A stretch of DNA of 63,444 nucleotides, counting the filler, from Choristocarpus tenellus KU-1152 (taxonomy: Eukaryota; Protista; Phaeophyceae): NCBI GenBank assembly GCA_964200185.2. It is 8 parts of 8 records of this genome, joined end to end, with 100 filler letters (N's around TTAATTAATTAA, not from the genome) between each part and the next. Parts side by side here need not be neighbours in the genome. Positions count along the whole stretch, not along the records: positions 1 to 5,084 come from CAXNAD020011930.1; positions 5,185 to 10,746 come from CAXNAD020010420.1; positions 10,847 to 19,239 come from CAXNAD020004769.1; 5 more parts are not named here. One strand, given 5' to 3'. Of this stretch, positions 1-15,523 are shown piece after piece. The first letter of the stretch is position 1; every line of letters starts with the position of its first letter. The notes beneath the pieces were generated by a model. The model made no database searches and had not been told where the DNA came from. It saw nothing but the letters and a program-made list of their open reading frames with translations. The position numbers were made by a program, and so were the translations under genes.

Positions 1-269
1 TTTTTCCCAACCAAAAAAAAAAAAAAAAATCAAAAAAAAAAAAATAACTATGAAGCACCTTTTCCTCATCCTTGCCCCCCCCCCCCCCCCCCCCCCCCCC
101 CCACCCTCCCCAACGCTCCAAATGAACAAGATAAAAGTGGATAACAAACACGCCCTCTCGAGTGTGTAGTATGCCCATTTACACCCAGTCATTAACACAA
201 AACAGAAAAATACAGACATACCCACAAGAAGGTGATACAGCTGATACCATAAAATCACAGCTGTGTACA

Positions 270-490
270 TATATACACAATTACACACATATACACGTAT
301 ATAATACATAAGCAATCATACATACATTCATCCATCCATCCATACACACATACATATATAATACATACACACACATCCATCCATCCATCCATACACACAT
401 ATATAATACATAAACACATATCCATACGTACATCCATCCATCCATCCATCCATCCATACACACATACATAACACACACATGCACACACCT
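270..490. repeat. Compound (ATCC)n/(CA)n/(TA)n microsatellite in SNF2 intron
   Basis: Runs of catccatcc and catacacac; these explain the spurious MDGW/CVY ORFs. Confidence 0.9.
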
Positions 491-557
491 GTAACTTCAA
501 CTCCCCAGACATAACGACCACAAAAAAGCAAACCAAATGAGACCAAAAGAGACCAAC

Positions 558-699
558 CTTCATAACATAGTCATAGGTTGTTAGTAATACATTGTACTGC
601 CCAGACTCCATCTCCTGGCGCTGAATATCCTTTCGAGTTGCTGGTGTACCCTGCTTACAACAAACAAACACAATACACAACACACAACACACAACACAC

Positions 700-737
<38 letters not shown>

Positions 738-1133
738 TCTCAGTTAAAAAAAACAAACTTCCAAGTTCTAAAATGGTTAAAATATATATATATATATATA
801 TATAAATATAAATATAAATATTTTGATATGAAGAGACTCGTGAAGTTTTTAAAAAAAATTGAATAAACAAAGGAAAGAACGAAACGGTCAGCACTGAAGA
901 AAAAATAATAATAAAAAATAATAATAAAAAGAGAGAAATGAGGTTCGTTCGAAGCGAAACATACTCCAAGGAAAAAAATAAAAAATAAATATATATATAT
1001 ATATATATGGGAAAAATAAAATAACTAAAAAGACAACTAACCTGTAATAAAAAGAAAAGATAATAGACAATAATATAAATAATAATGCGGTCATGGCCAA
1101 AGAAAAAAAATGTGTTTTTGTTTGTGTTATCTA

Positions 1134-1164
<31 letters not shown>

Positions 1165-4100
1165 TGTATGTATGTATGTATGTATGTATGTATGTATGTA
1201 TCTGACTGTGCCGACCCAAAAAACCGTCAAACTGTATCTCTCTTTTTTATATTTTTATCCCGCAAAATAAAAAAACGCCTCCTTCCCTAAGTTATTTTTC
1301 TTCCCGAGAGGGGTCATAAAACAAGGCAAAACATTAAAAAACATTAAAAAATAATACTGTTAAAAAAAAGAAACCAAAAAAAAGAAAAAACAATTGTGTC
1401 ACTTTTTTTCACCATCAAAATAAAAATAAAAACGTTAATTCTTTTATTTACCACACACACAATACATGATACATATACATACATAAAACTCCCAAACAAA
1501 CTCTAACAGGGCATTGGCCACAGCAAAAATTAAAAATATGTATTTTTTCAGATGAGAATAATAAAAAATAGTGATTCTACCTCTGTACGGTAGGATCATT
1601 AGTTTTTTAATTGTGAATCATGTCCCGTAGAGCAGAGGACATTTTTTTTTGTTCAAAGAGAAAAAGAATCGTAAAATATAAAAATTGCATTCCATCGAAA
1701 AGAAAGTACTCTTTTCAAAAACAATCACCAAGTCAATGATAACGCTTCATCAATATATTTTTTCTGATTCCTTTCCACAAGAAAAAAAAAACTGAATGCA
1801 TTCTAAGAACTATACACTCTTTTACACTTTTTTTTCTTTTAATGAGGACGGTGCCAAATAAATATAATGCTAATAAAAAAATGTTCTATCACAGTAGCGC
1901 AAACAGTTTTTTTTGTCTAATAAATAAAAAACCCGGTCAGCACAGTCCATAGAGGAAGTACTCTTCGAAATTAAAAGTACTCTTCGAAATTAAAAGTACG
2001 CTACACAGCGATGCAGCCCATAAAATAATACATTAAATTATCTCGTACTTCCCGTAAAACAATACATATTTCTTAAATATTATCCTCAGCACTCTAACCT
2101 TAACCCTAACAATAACCCTAACAAAAACTCTAACAATAATAACCCTAACACTAGCCCTAACCCTAACAACGAAAGAAAAAGAAAAGGGTCAAGAAACGCT
2201 TCTACTTTGGAGCGGTTCTTGATTTTGTAGTGTTGGGTGTTGAGCGATGCTCGGTAAAATATCAGTATAAATATCAGTGTAAATATCAGTATAAATATCA
2301 GTATAAATATCAGAGTGTACCTTGTGCATTGAAGGGATGAAGGTACAAAGAGGAGATGCACATGTGTTCAAGAGTGAGTCACAACCCTAGTCCTACATAC
2401 CCATAGTTTAATTATTCCTACATAAGCATAGTTAAATTATTCTTACACAGTTTAATTATTCCTGCATAAACCATTGTCAAATTATTCCTACATAAGTATA
2501 GTTAAATTATTCTGACATACACATAGTTAAATTATTCATAAATAACCATATTTTAATTATTCCGATATACCCATAGTTAAATCTGATTTACTGTGTTATT
2601 ACTATATATATATTATGATTATTATTATTGACGCAGGGTATTGGTGTACCAGAGGGGTCAAGGTAAGTACAAAAGAGGATCGGTATTACCCAATGTGGAG
2701 AGGTACAGGTCTGTTTTATCTTTTCTCTTTAAATTGCACAATGATACCTTGTAGGTGACCACTAGGATGTCCGGAGACCACTTCGTGAACTCGTTGACCC
2801 AGTTGGATAGTGTAGAAAGAGGCACCACCACCAGGAAGGGGCCGTGGTTTTGCTTAACCTGAAAGAAAATAAATATTTTCTTAACAATAAATCACATTCC
2901 TTTTTTTAATATTGCATCACGTTTTTCTTACAATAAACCACTTCTTTCTTCTTACAATGTATCACATTCTTTTTACAACAAATCGTATTTTTCTTTTTAC
3001 AATGTATCACATTCTTTTAACAATAAATCCCAATTTCTTAAAAAAAACAATTTCTTCACTTTTTTCTCTGTAATACAACAAATAAGAATAAAATAACAAT
3101 TTCTTTTCTTTTTTTTGCTAATAATACAAAAAAATCCAACAAAAGACCACTACTAGTACTATAGAGAAGCAGGGGTATACCAACCGTACATACACAACGC
3201 CTTTTGTCAGAATAATTTTTAAACTTGAAAAAAAATCGTACAGCTCAACCTCGGAAAATGAAATAAAATCAACCAAAAATATTATACTTTATACATTTTA
3301 TTTTAGTTCACGTAGAGAGGGTCATACTGCATTTAAGTAACAAAAAAGTACCACATACTACACCAACATTCTCTCTCTCTACAAAAATACTCCAGGCGTT
3401 TTCCCACAACCTGTAACGTATAGAATAAATAAAAAATGATGCCCTAACCCTAAATATCTAAATACTTCATGTTCCTGACCTTAATTTGACAAAACGAACA
3501 AAAGGGTATACTCCTATCCCTACAAAACATACCCCTACAGCCCTAACCTTAACTCCGAGTCAAAAAAGTATACTTGAAAGTATAATACTAGTCCTAACCC
3601 TAACCCCAACCCTAACCCGCAAAAAGAATCGAAGCATCATTCTATCACCACATAATAATAATAATAATATTAAATAAAGTATAATATCCCTACCCCTACT
3701 CCCAACATTGGTACTTAGCCCTAAGCCTGGACCTTCAAAATAAATATATGATAGTAATAATAAATCCTATTCCTAATCCCTACAAAATATATCCTTAACC
3801 CTATTATCAATCCTTGGCCCTAACCCTGAACCTTCAAAATAAATAATAATAATAATAATAAATCCTATCCCTAATCTCTAAAAAATGTCCCTATAACCCT
3901 ATAATCAAAACTTAACCCTAACCCTGGACCTTCAAAATAAATAATAAAAATATAATCCTGTAACTAATCCCTACAAAATGTATCCCTAACCCTATGATCA
4001 ATACTAATCCTAAATAAATAATAATAATATAATCCTATCACCTACGAAATATCCCCTAACCCTAACCCCAACATCAACACTTCAGTCAGAAAAACTCAAA

Positions 4101-4983
4101 ATAAACAAAAAATAAAAAAATCCCTACCAAATATTTATCGCCCCAGGCCTTTAAAAAAACATCGATACTTAGCCCTAACCCCGACCCCTCAGAAAAATAC
4201 ACAATGTAACGCCCTAACCCTATCTATCCCTACCTCCTCGAATGATCTCACCCTCTGCAAACATCCGAAGCAGTTAGAACGGTCTCTGAAAGAGTTTCTC
4301 ATTCAGATTTGTCCAAGCACAGTGTATTTATTGCCTACATACATACATACGTCATAACACACTAATATTTCCCCTTGTATGCCCATGTATGTATGTGAAC
4401 GTTGGGGGGTAGGATAGATAGATAATGCGCACTGGCTTTCTTCAATTCACATCACCGCCTCTTTTCAAGCTAAAAAAATTGTGTTTCGTTTTTTTCAAAA
4501 AAAAAAAATAATAATACATGCTTCACAAAACGTAAGCGCTTGTAGGTACAAAAAACTAATAAAAAAAGGAAAATACTATTCCGAGAAAATAAATAAATAT
4601 ATATATACATATATATTTATTTATATATATATTACAATATATATTTCGAAGAAGTGAACAGCCTCGGTGCTCTTACTCTCTCTCTCTCTCTCTGAAACTG
4701 CATTGTTGGAGAAGTCAGAACAACAAAACTGAAATAAACACCACAGACAGTAATAGTAACAATTTTTTTTTTAGTTATAGTGACATTTAAATATACCGGT
4801 AGAAGCACAAATCATAGGGGGGGAGGAGGGGAGGAGGGGGAAGAACTATCTCAGCCACGGCAACAGTCTTACACTTCACTTCACCTCCATGATGTAGGCA
4901 ATGAGGGCAATGGACTGGATGGTCTTCCCCAGACCCATCTCATCGGCGAGGATGCCGTTAAGGTTATTGTTGTACAGTGACAC
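558..4983 (-). CDS. SNF2: SNF2/Brahma (SMARCA2/4-like) chromatin-remodelling ATPase, internal fragment (3 exons)
   Basis: Exons 4983-4885 ([33 protein letters not shown], motif I), 2858-2748 ([37 protein letters not shown], motif Ia) and 650-558 ([31 protein letters not shown]). All are GT-AG, phase 0 and join in frame. [19 protein letters not shown] is typical of the Snf2/Sth1/Brahma subfamily. Both ends lie outside the contig. Confidence 0.93.
1134..1202. repeat. (TATG)n microsatellite
   Basis: Perfect tetranucleotide run. Confidence 0.95.
2255..2585. repeat. Intronic minisatellites (12-bp TAAATATCAGTR array; ~28-bp CATAGTTAAATTATTCCTACA array)
   Basis: Tandem units visible at ~2255-2312 and ~2390-2585. 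Confidence 0.8.
3640..4070. repeat. ~99-bp minisatellite built from CCCTAA telomere-like motifs
   Basis: ACCTTCAAAATAAAT recurs at ~3731, ~3830 and ~3928, each preceded by CCCTAA(C/G)CCTG. Confidence 0.8.
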
Positions 4984-5023
4984 CTTGGAAGGCGATTCGA
5001 CGTAGGGTGTGGGAAAAACAGCG

Positions 5024-5055
<32 letters not shown>

Positions 5056-5084
5056 AGAGCCCACGTCGGAACCCCAGCCCCCCC

Positions 5085-5184
5085 NNNNNNNNNNNNNNNN
5101 NNNNNNNNNNNNNNNNNNNNNNNNNNNNTTAATTAATTAANNNNNNNNNNNNNNNNNNNNNNNNNNNNNNNNNNNNNNNNNNNN
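5085..5184. other. Artificial contig linker
   Basis: 44 N + TTAATTAATTAA (stops in six frames) + 44 N. Confidence 0.99.
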
Positions 5185-5564
5185 CCTCTACAAAAAGTAC
5201 CGTAATATTTGAACAAAAACATATGCGAAACATTTCCAAAACAAGGTTATAAAAGGGGCCCTTCCAATCGCATAAAAAAATCTCAGGGTACTTTTTTAAG
5301 ACCGTTTTCGCAAAACAACCATCCTCGTAGTCCCGCTCCATCCCCAATTTTGAAAATCCTCTGTTATATATTTTTGTATTTTTGAATTAGCATGACATTA
5401 CTTTTTAGTGAGAGGAGGTTTCTCTCCTCGTCGAACAAATGTTTGACGTCGAGAGAGAAATCGGAGGGAATATACATAGTTTAATCTTCCAAATGTTCCT
5501 AGGTACTCCTTAACAATTGCTTCAGCATTACGGTGTTCTCTGGCCCTGCTGTCCTTTTGGCTGA

Positions 5565-8558
<2,994 letters not shown>

Positions 8559-10590
8559 TGAAAGGGAAATCTTGGGAACTGCTTGCTGTTTGGAATGTTG
8601 GGAGGGGAGGGGGATGGGTGTTGGTCTAGTTTGGTGAGATGTGTGCGAGCAAGTAGTTGTATATGGTGATAGGGAGAAGGAAGTGGCACAGGAATGGCTG
8701 ACAATACAAGGTACGGGTCTAACTGAGTGCTTGTAAGGACTACTATAACAGTGGTTGGTACAGATATTGGTACTGCATACTTGGTGTAATGCACGGTTCT
8801 TGCCCTCAATTAGAAGGCGTCTGACTGCTTTTACCACACTGCAAGCAGGAACAGGATAAAAGGAAGAAAAAGTTTCAAATTTATTTTTTTGTGTTGAGAC
8901 ATCCCCTTCCCCGTTGAGTGGCAACCCACCAGAATGATATGTGCTTTGAGTTGGTGTTGTACACACCGCATGATCGTACGGCTCTGCTATGTGATGTACG
9001 ATTGACAGTTGTGGTTGTTTCAGCTCTAGCTTGATTGACTTTACCGCACCTTTGTGTCTCACAGCTTAAACATGTTGTCAGTTCATGCACTGACTGGGCA
9101 GACGTCTCCCGTGCACGCGAGATCACCTGTGCATACATGTTGGTACATTGTAGAGGCCTCACGGTTGTGGTCATCTAGTGGATATTTTTGTATGTGGACA
9201 TGCTGAGTAGAATCAAAGATGTCGAAAACTGCAGGATGTGGATAAGCCAGGAAGCAAGCTCGAGAGGATGTAGGTCAGGGTAGATTGAATTCCGTTGATA
9301 TTCAAATGTAGTTAGTCTGATCGATGCGTGAGAGGACAGGGAGAGGCGATTCATCAGAAGCTTGAGACGGGATGGTTGAGGTCACACAAGTGGAATTCCG
9401 TGTAAGTGGTCCTCAGGCATCAGATGCTTGCATGGATTTGTGATGGCAAAGTAGACAGCGTCATAGGTGGTAGTGTGTTGGCTGTACTGCGTCCGAGAGG
9501 GGGGAGAGGCGTCGTACATCACATAGCTGTTGCATGTGTCTGAGTCACTTGATAGGATGCGTTCGACTGGATCCTATCTAGTGGGTGCGGTTGAAGTGGA
9601 GTCTTCAACTGTTTGGTTTGTGTTGTGCTGTGTTTGATGCCGAACACTTTGCCACCAAAAAATCAGAAACAGGATGCCCACGATCGCTGTTCCCTTTCTT
9701 AGTTGCTGCTTGCTTGGGGGGGTCTTGAGAGCTCTGATGTCGTGTTTCCTCTTGTGTAGAGTACGCTTTATGGTGTGTTTGATACATCCTTGGGTTCAAA
9801 GTCTATGTGACAGTGCATTCATTAATGGCGGCAATCGGGAATGTTCATGTGCTCCAGAGTATTTAACGTTTTGTACTGACTTATTTGCCTCCAAGAGCCT
9901 ACTCCAGTCGAGCTTGACAGTGAAGTAAGTGGTAGTGTGTGCTTAAATGGTGACTTCGGAGGAATTTTTATAATGGAAGTGCTGTGCGTCAGTCTCTTGC
10001 AAATCGACTTCCTTCCACCTGGATTGCTGACTCAGCTATGCATGAGAACTCTTGAGTTTATACCGCTATTACATAAGAGCTAAACTCTGTATGGGGATGA
10101 TGGCGTTCTTTCTCGCACATTATTATTTTTTATTATTGTTGAGTTAAATGTCAAGACCAATTGGAATACGTTCTTATTAAATTGGGTTGAATAACTCTAC
10201 CCCACACTCTGAATAGATGGCGTAGGAATGGTGTTGTTAGAATGCAACTGGGATGACTTGGATAATATCGTGTCAGCAAAGACTCTTGAACCTTGGGTAC
10301 AATAGAATAAGTTAACAGTGCAGAGAAATTTCTTGATGACAAAAGGAACCCTATATAAGATATATACAATATATTATATTATTATGCAGTTAAATTCCAA
10401 CACGTCCATACAGTGAAGATTTGGGATAAGGCGAAAGGTTACATAGAGCGTCAGGGTGAGAGTCACGGCTCAGCTTTATCGTTGCTTTTAAGCTCCACAT
10501 AAATATAGTCAATCATTGGCGGAGAAGGCAAGAACCCTAAGATGTATTGATTGAAATCAACATGCTGAATCAGCAGAAGTGACTGCTTTT

Positions 10591-10746
10591 GACTCAAAGT
10601 ACCTGGGGGGGGTGGCGGCTGTCCATTTGGGGCCGATTTTTTCATGTCTCGATTTTTTGGTGATTTTGGCTCCATACGTTGAATGGATAATGAAAGTGCA
10701 CTTTTCCTGGTTTTGGTCCAAATGGACACTCTGGTGTAGACCCCCC
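10591..10746 (+). mobile_element. MITE family A copy, truncated by contig end
   Basis: Starts GACTCAAAGTACCTGGGGG; interior matches the complete copy at 44826-45004. Confidence 0.85.
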
Positions 10747-10846
10747 NNNNNNNNNNNNNNNNNNNNNNNNNNNNNNNNNNNNNNNNNNNNTTAATTAATT
10801 AANNNNNNNNNNNNNNNNNNNNNNNNNNNNNNNNNNNNNNNNNNNN
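10747..10846. other. Artificial contig linker
   Basis: N44-TTAATTAATTAA-N44. Confidence 0.99.
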
Positions 10847-10879
10847 CCCCCCCCCCCCCCCCCCCCGATGCTTTGGGTC
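10847..10879 (+). mobile_element. MITE family A right TIR remnant
   Basis: Poly-C followed by GATGCTTTGGGTC, matching the family right end (C)nAGATACTTTGGGTC. Confidence 0.65.
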
Positions 10880-10987
10880 CTTAACGGGTCCAAGTGTCCC
10901 CCCTTATATTGATACGAGCAGGGATGACTCTGGAAGCCATACCCCTCAACTCATTTACCCTCGGGAATCAATTGTTTCAATCCACAG

Positions 10988-11617
10988 GGGAAACTTTCGG
11001 ACATGATACTCACGCTACACCGTCAAACAAAGATAACCAGGAAGGGCCCAGCCAAAGGGAAAACCTTGGTTGCACAGCCTTTTGGACACACTGATGCAGT
11101 AGCCATTGATCAAGGACATCGTCGTGCACCCTCCTTGACCAAGCAAAAAGGCCAGTGCACTGCAGGCTTTGGTGAAGCAGAGTACCTCGACTCGAATGTA
11201 AGCACTTTCCACCGAAACAACTTCCCGCAAAGGGAGGAACGTTCAAAAACCTTCAACAAGGTCGACTCAGTAGAATGGAGACGAAACAGCTCCATGCGTA
11301 ACCTTTATGTAAATGCCGAGACGAGAAGGGCTGGTGGTTACAGGGCTTGCCAAGGCATGGCTGTTGGTCATGGCCATGCTATCGTTGATGCTCCTGGTGA
11401 CAACGGAGAAACTATTGGCTTGGCCAATCAGGGTGTGGTTCCAGGGACTGGTGCGAGTGATGGTAGGGAAAGTAGCTCGAGAGCAGTGTATGATACCGTC
11501 ACAGCCACACGTTTCTCGCAGTTGCCAGTGCTATCATCAGACGAAGACATTCTAAACTTGATTGAGTCTGGGAGGCTGTGGAATCAACGATTCAGGCATG
11601 CTGGGAGGAATTTGTGA
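10988..11617 (+). CDS. Probable terminal exon of a hypothetical protein
   Basis: Acceptor ttcaatccacag at 10987 is in frame with a 210-codon, GC-richer ORF ending at TGA 11617. No recognisable domain. Confidence 0.45.
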   Translation, partial: GKLSDMILTLHRQTKITRKGPAKGKTLVAQPFGHTDAVAIDQGHRRAPSLTKQKGQCTAGFGEAEYLDSNVSTFHRNNFPQREERSKTFNKVDSVEWRRNSSMRNLYVNAETRRAGGYRACQGMAVGHGHAIVDAPGDNGETIGLANQGVVPGTGASDGRESSSRAVYDTVTATRFSQLPVLSSDEDILNLIESGRLWNQRFRHAGRNL

Positions 11618-13999
11618 AACCTAATGAACTCAATATTGCTATATTCTTTAGGTGCACCCTATGCACCTACATCAGATATGAGGAATTCAAGCGTTAAAAT
11701 GTGTTGGAATTTGCAGGAATCATTTTGTAGGATGGCTCAGGATAGGGACTTGACAGTGAAAGCAGTGTGTTTTTTTCCTACTCTGGTGGGGTGGTTGATG
11801 ATCTAGATTGAGTCCTGCAAGATCGTGATCCAGTGGTCCCTTAAGTAGACTTCAGAAGAGTGTTTAGGTGCATCGATTGCTGGGATCCAATGCTCAGTTG
11901 TAAGTTGTGTTATTTGGTTGAGAATGTAGAGTGAAACAATAGTGTATGACTCTGTAAATGTTGAAAGGCAAGGGTAAGTCCCCGGGAAGTACAGAGTGAA
12001 GGGGGTAGAAGGGGGGAAAACCTGTGTCTCCATCCCCTTGTGTTACAGCAGAATCCTCCTGTGGTTGAAATAAATATGTGGATTTTTTAAAATCTGACGT
12101 CTATCAACTGTAGCGGATAGCCATATTGGTCTGTTAACATGCAAATATTAGTACTTGGTCTGTTCATGAATGAAGTCACCCTGTCGCAAGTCTCTAGAGT
12201 GTAAGCATAGACCAACTTACATCGGTGCTATCAGGCCTTATGTGCCTATACTTCATTAGAGGGGACATGCTGATATCTCAACCATAGGTTAGGATCTACC
12301 TGTACTACATGTGGCTAAGGCTGTTTAGCTTCAAGTAGGGATTGTAGCTTAGGTTTCGACTCTTTTGGCATCATGAGATAGAAGCCCTCTGCGGTTACAT
12401 AATACCCCTTCAGCCTAGTCAAGCATGGTAGGGACTGTTTAATGCAGGCAGCAAAGTAGTAGAATTGCGAGTTAAGCCCAAGTATGTTAAGAGAGTAAAG
12501 TCGCGTCCATTCAGGGACCGAAATCCCGAGGGAAGCGAAGCCCCAAATGGAAAATCAGGGGAAAACTTGTACCCTCCAAGATACTTTCACTCTCTTCTTG
12601 ATATTCATTGTGAGAAGATTGCCTTGGTGAGCGTTGCTCCATTGCATTATCTGCCTGCTAGGCTTGATCCCAATCCCCAAGGAATTCGTCCTTTATTTGT
12701 ACTTAAAATCAAAATCTCAACCTACAAAGAGGGAATTGCACTGCACGCATTCCAGTCAACTAATGCGTCAGTCAATTTTCGATGTAGATTCTGCAGCTCT
12801 GCAGGTGCGCCTGTGTATTTGGAGGCACAAATGTACAGAAAATACAATAATATTGATGATGTAGGGGTAGGATTCATCGTTGGTGTGCATCTACAAGGAA
12901 AGGATATTTACATTCGTTTGTTGACTTTGAGAAAGGTGAGAGACGATAAGGCAGAAGGAAGTATGTAATAAAGGATTGAAGGATAATGAATAGAAGGCAG
13001 AATGTATAATATGTAACGGAGGTCTATTCGTTATGTATTACCATGTCCTTGTTGAGAGCATTCAAACAAAGTGTGGAATCCATAACTGCTCTCTGTAGGG
13101 CTTGGGTACGTGTGGACCGAAGAACAAATCTTCATCACAACACTTTACTTGTAACTACTTCGTTTTTTGTTACTATAAATTAGCATTTCGTCACCGCTGA
13201 CACCCACAGGAGGGGGTTCCTAAGCAGTACTTTTCCAACCGCAGACCCAGCCGACTCTTCCTCCCCTCCATCTGATATTTCCACTCTGGTGGTCACTCTC
13301 AACCTCCTTTGTCGGAGGCATTTTCTCAATGGGTCCTGTAGCCAATAACTCTGTGGCCCCCCATTGTTATTCGCCTTTGTTCTATACCCCATTCGATAGT
13401 ATTCAAGAAAACTACATGAATGGGCCGCACTCTGCCCTGAACAGGTTGGAGCCATTTCATCTTCCTCCATATTTGTGCTCCCCCACTCGCACGAGTCATT
13501 TACCTAGGGGCTTTGGAAACATCCATGCAAAAGGTCAAACTCCGCATCATCACTAGCTACAACTGCTTTGTGTAAGGATATATATCTTCAATGAACATGT
13601 ACAACGATGCTCTGGTCACACAGGTCCTTTCTCCTGTATGAGTTTGGATATCAGCTCTGTGTTGTCCAGGACCCATACCATCCTGGGCATGACATTGTTG
13701 TGATGCTTTGTGTATTTGTTTGCATGCTATGGACTATTGAGGATATGGAAGGTATTCTTTTTGTCTCACCTCCTTATTATCCTCGGCGGTACACAATACC
13801 TACTCTTCCACAATACCAACATTGCGGACCTGTGGATTGGGTGGAAGACAAGTGTGAGTTAAGTGGAGGATGAGAAATATAGGCAGAGGAAGAGATTGCT
13901 ACTTGAAAGAGGCAAGAGTCCCTGCGCATGATGGTGTATGCTGCAATATTTATTGGTGATATCAATCAGTGCGTACTACAGAGCAATGAAGGGCATGTG

Positions 14000-15218
14000 T
14001 AGACCCTGCATCTGTGGTGGGTTACATTTGGAGTGAAATATAGGATGGAACATGTTATCTTGGCAAGCCAAAATTGCAAAAACTCGTCTCTACGAATAAA
14101 TCGCAAGTGCCGGCCAGGTTTGCCAAGACTGAGTCGAGATCCGCATCCTCCAGATTCAAAGAGTCTGCAACGGAGGAGGTTATGCTGTGCCCAGAAATAC
14201 GCGCTTGGAGGTATAGCAGGGCGATTTAGTTCACTTTCCACAGGATCCTGAACAACAAAGACAGACGGAGAGGCCAAGAACAGGAACAGCGGAGGGAACA
14301 GTCTTTGACAGTAGTTCACAACAGTTTGTGCAGAGAAGACCATTCGCGAGAGAGCTTATAATGTCACTGAAGTACTAATTTTTCTCTTCAAATGGGAGCA
14401 TGTGTGTAAATGTTAATGTATGAAAGGCTGATGGGTTTTTGCAAATTACTTATTTGATCCATTATCAGTTCGTCATGGAGGCAAGCGTTTGTCACGCACG
14501 AAGAATTCTTCATCAAATGTAGATGGTATGAAGCATATCCAACACTGCAAATGTTCACTATTGGTGATCATTCAAGTGTAAACTGACCTGGAAGAAATAG
14601 CTTGTCCAAGTTCGGGCAGGATACTCGTCCACACACCCCTCCATGTATCCCTCGTCCGCCACCTTGATGGTAAACATCTTCACCCTCCTGTAACGCAGAA
14701 GGGCCAGCTCCGCAACCAACTTACTAGTCCCGTTGGCCAACATTATAGTATCCACAATTGAGATGTACCTGTTGAAAAGAGGTCCGCTGTAGTAGTACGG
14801 GTTTAATGTGAAGAGTGACTCTATGGAACTTGCATTACAGGGCAAGGGTAGGATACATGTTTGAAATGATAAAGTGGACACAGTAAGAACACAGAGGCAT
14901 GCGACTGATACAAAATGAAAAACAATTTAGACAGAGGAAAAAGAAAATCCAGAACTTGTCTCATCTGTTAAAAAAAAATGGCAGACTTCTGATTAATGTC
15001 CCACACAACCCTTTCCCTATCCAAGCCAATCTTCGTCTGATACACTCTATTTTTCTCTTTCATCAATCCATACAGTGATTCTGGAGTGGTGTCCATATTA
15101 CAGTAAGAGTTCGTCCAATCTAAAATACTACTCCCATGTATCGTCTGAGGGTGAACTTTGTGTTGGGCTATAAATAGTATTATATCACCTGAGACGTGCT
15201 TGGCGCAGAATAGCCAAT
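14000..15218 (-). CDS. Exons of a hypothetical protein (unassigned)
   Basis: Exon 14768-14588 has acceptor ttttcaacag and donor CAG|gtcagt (YISIVDTIMLANGTSKLVAELALLRYRRVKMFTIKVADEGYMEGCVDEYPARTWTSYFFQ). The next acceptor at 14247 follows a pyrimidine tract and is open only in the matching phase 0 (DPVESELNRPAIPPSAYFWAQHNLLRCRLFESGG); its donor is unresolved. Possible 30-nt exon at 15218-15189. Confidence 0.55.
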
Positions 15219-15439
15219 CTGTTGGCAGGAGAACTATTCTCTTTTCTCTCATGTTTTGGATTTTTGAGGAAAGTATTTTAGAGGGTACAAGTTTTTCCCT
15301 GTTTGTCCGTTTGGGACTTGGCTTCCCATGTTTTTTTTCTGGCATTTTCCTACTCCAAATTTGTTCGGAGTAGGTAAAATGTATGCATTATGAAAAGGTG
15401 TGACCGCAACAAGGATATTGACACTTCCTAACTAATACG

Positions 15440-15523
15440 ATAGCCAAGATTACATCAAAATCGCAACGTTGGATCTTGGTCCTTTAAATGGACACAGCTC
15501 TGCCCTCTAAGATACTTTGGCTC
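15440..15523 (-). mobile_element. Degenerate MITE family A fragment
   Basis: caaaatcgcaac...aaatggaca...agatactttggctc resembles the reverse left half seen at 41972-42040. Confidence 0.5.

Noticed and set aside
255-1270. Long Cys/Val/Tyr/Met-rich ORFs
   Set aside because: Translations of microsatellites; only 650-558 is a real exon.
9180-9600. Possible gag-like remnant in the kinase intron
   Set aside because: Short frames with stops and no diagnostic motif.
10591-10879. Contigs 2 and 3 being truly adjacent through one split MITE
   Set aside because: Flanking triplets differ (TTT vs CTT), and the missing kinase exons were not found in contig 3.
13180-13850. Copia-like hints on the minus strand (CWYCGRVG, WVLDNT)
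   Set aside because: The zinc knuckle is incomplete, there are no integrase, RT or LTR features, and the region may instead hold host exons.
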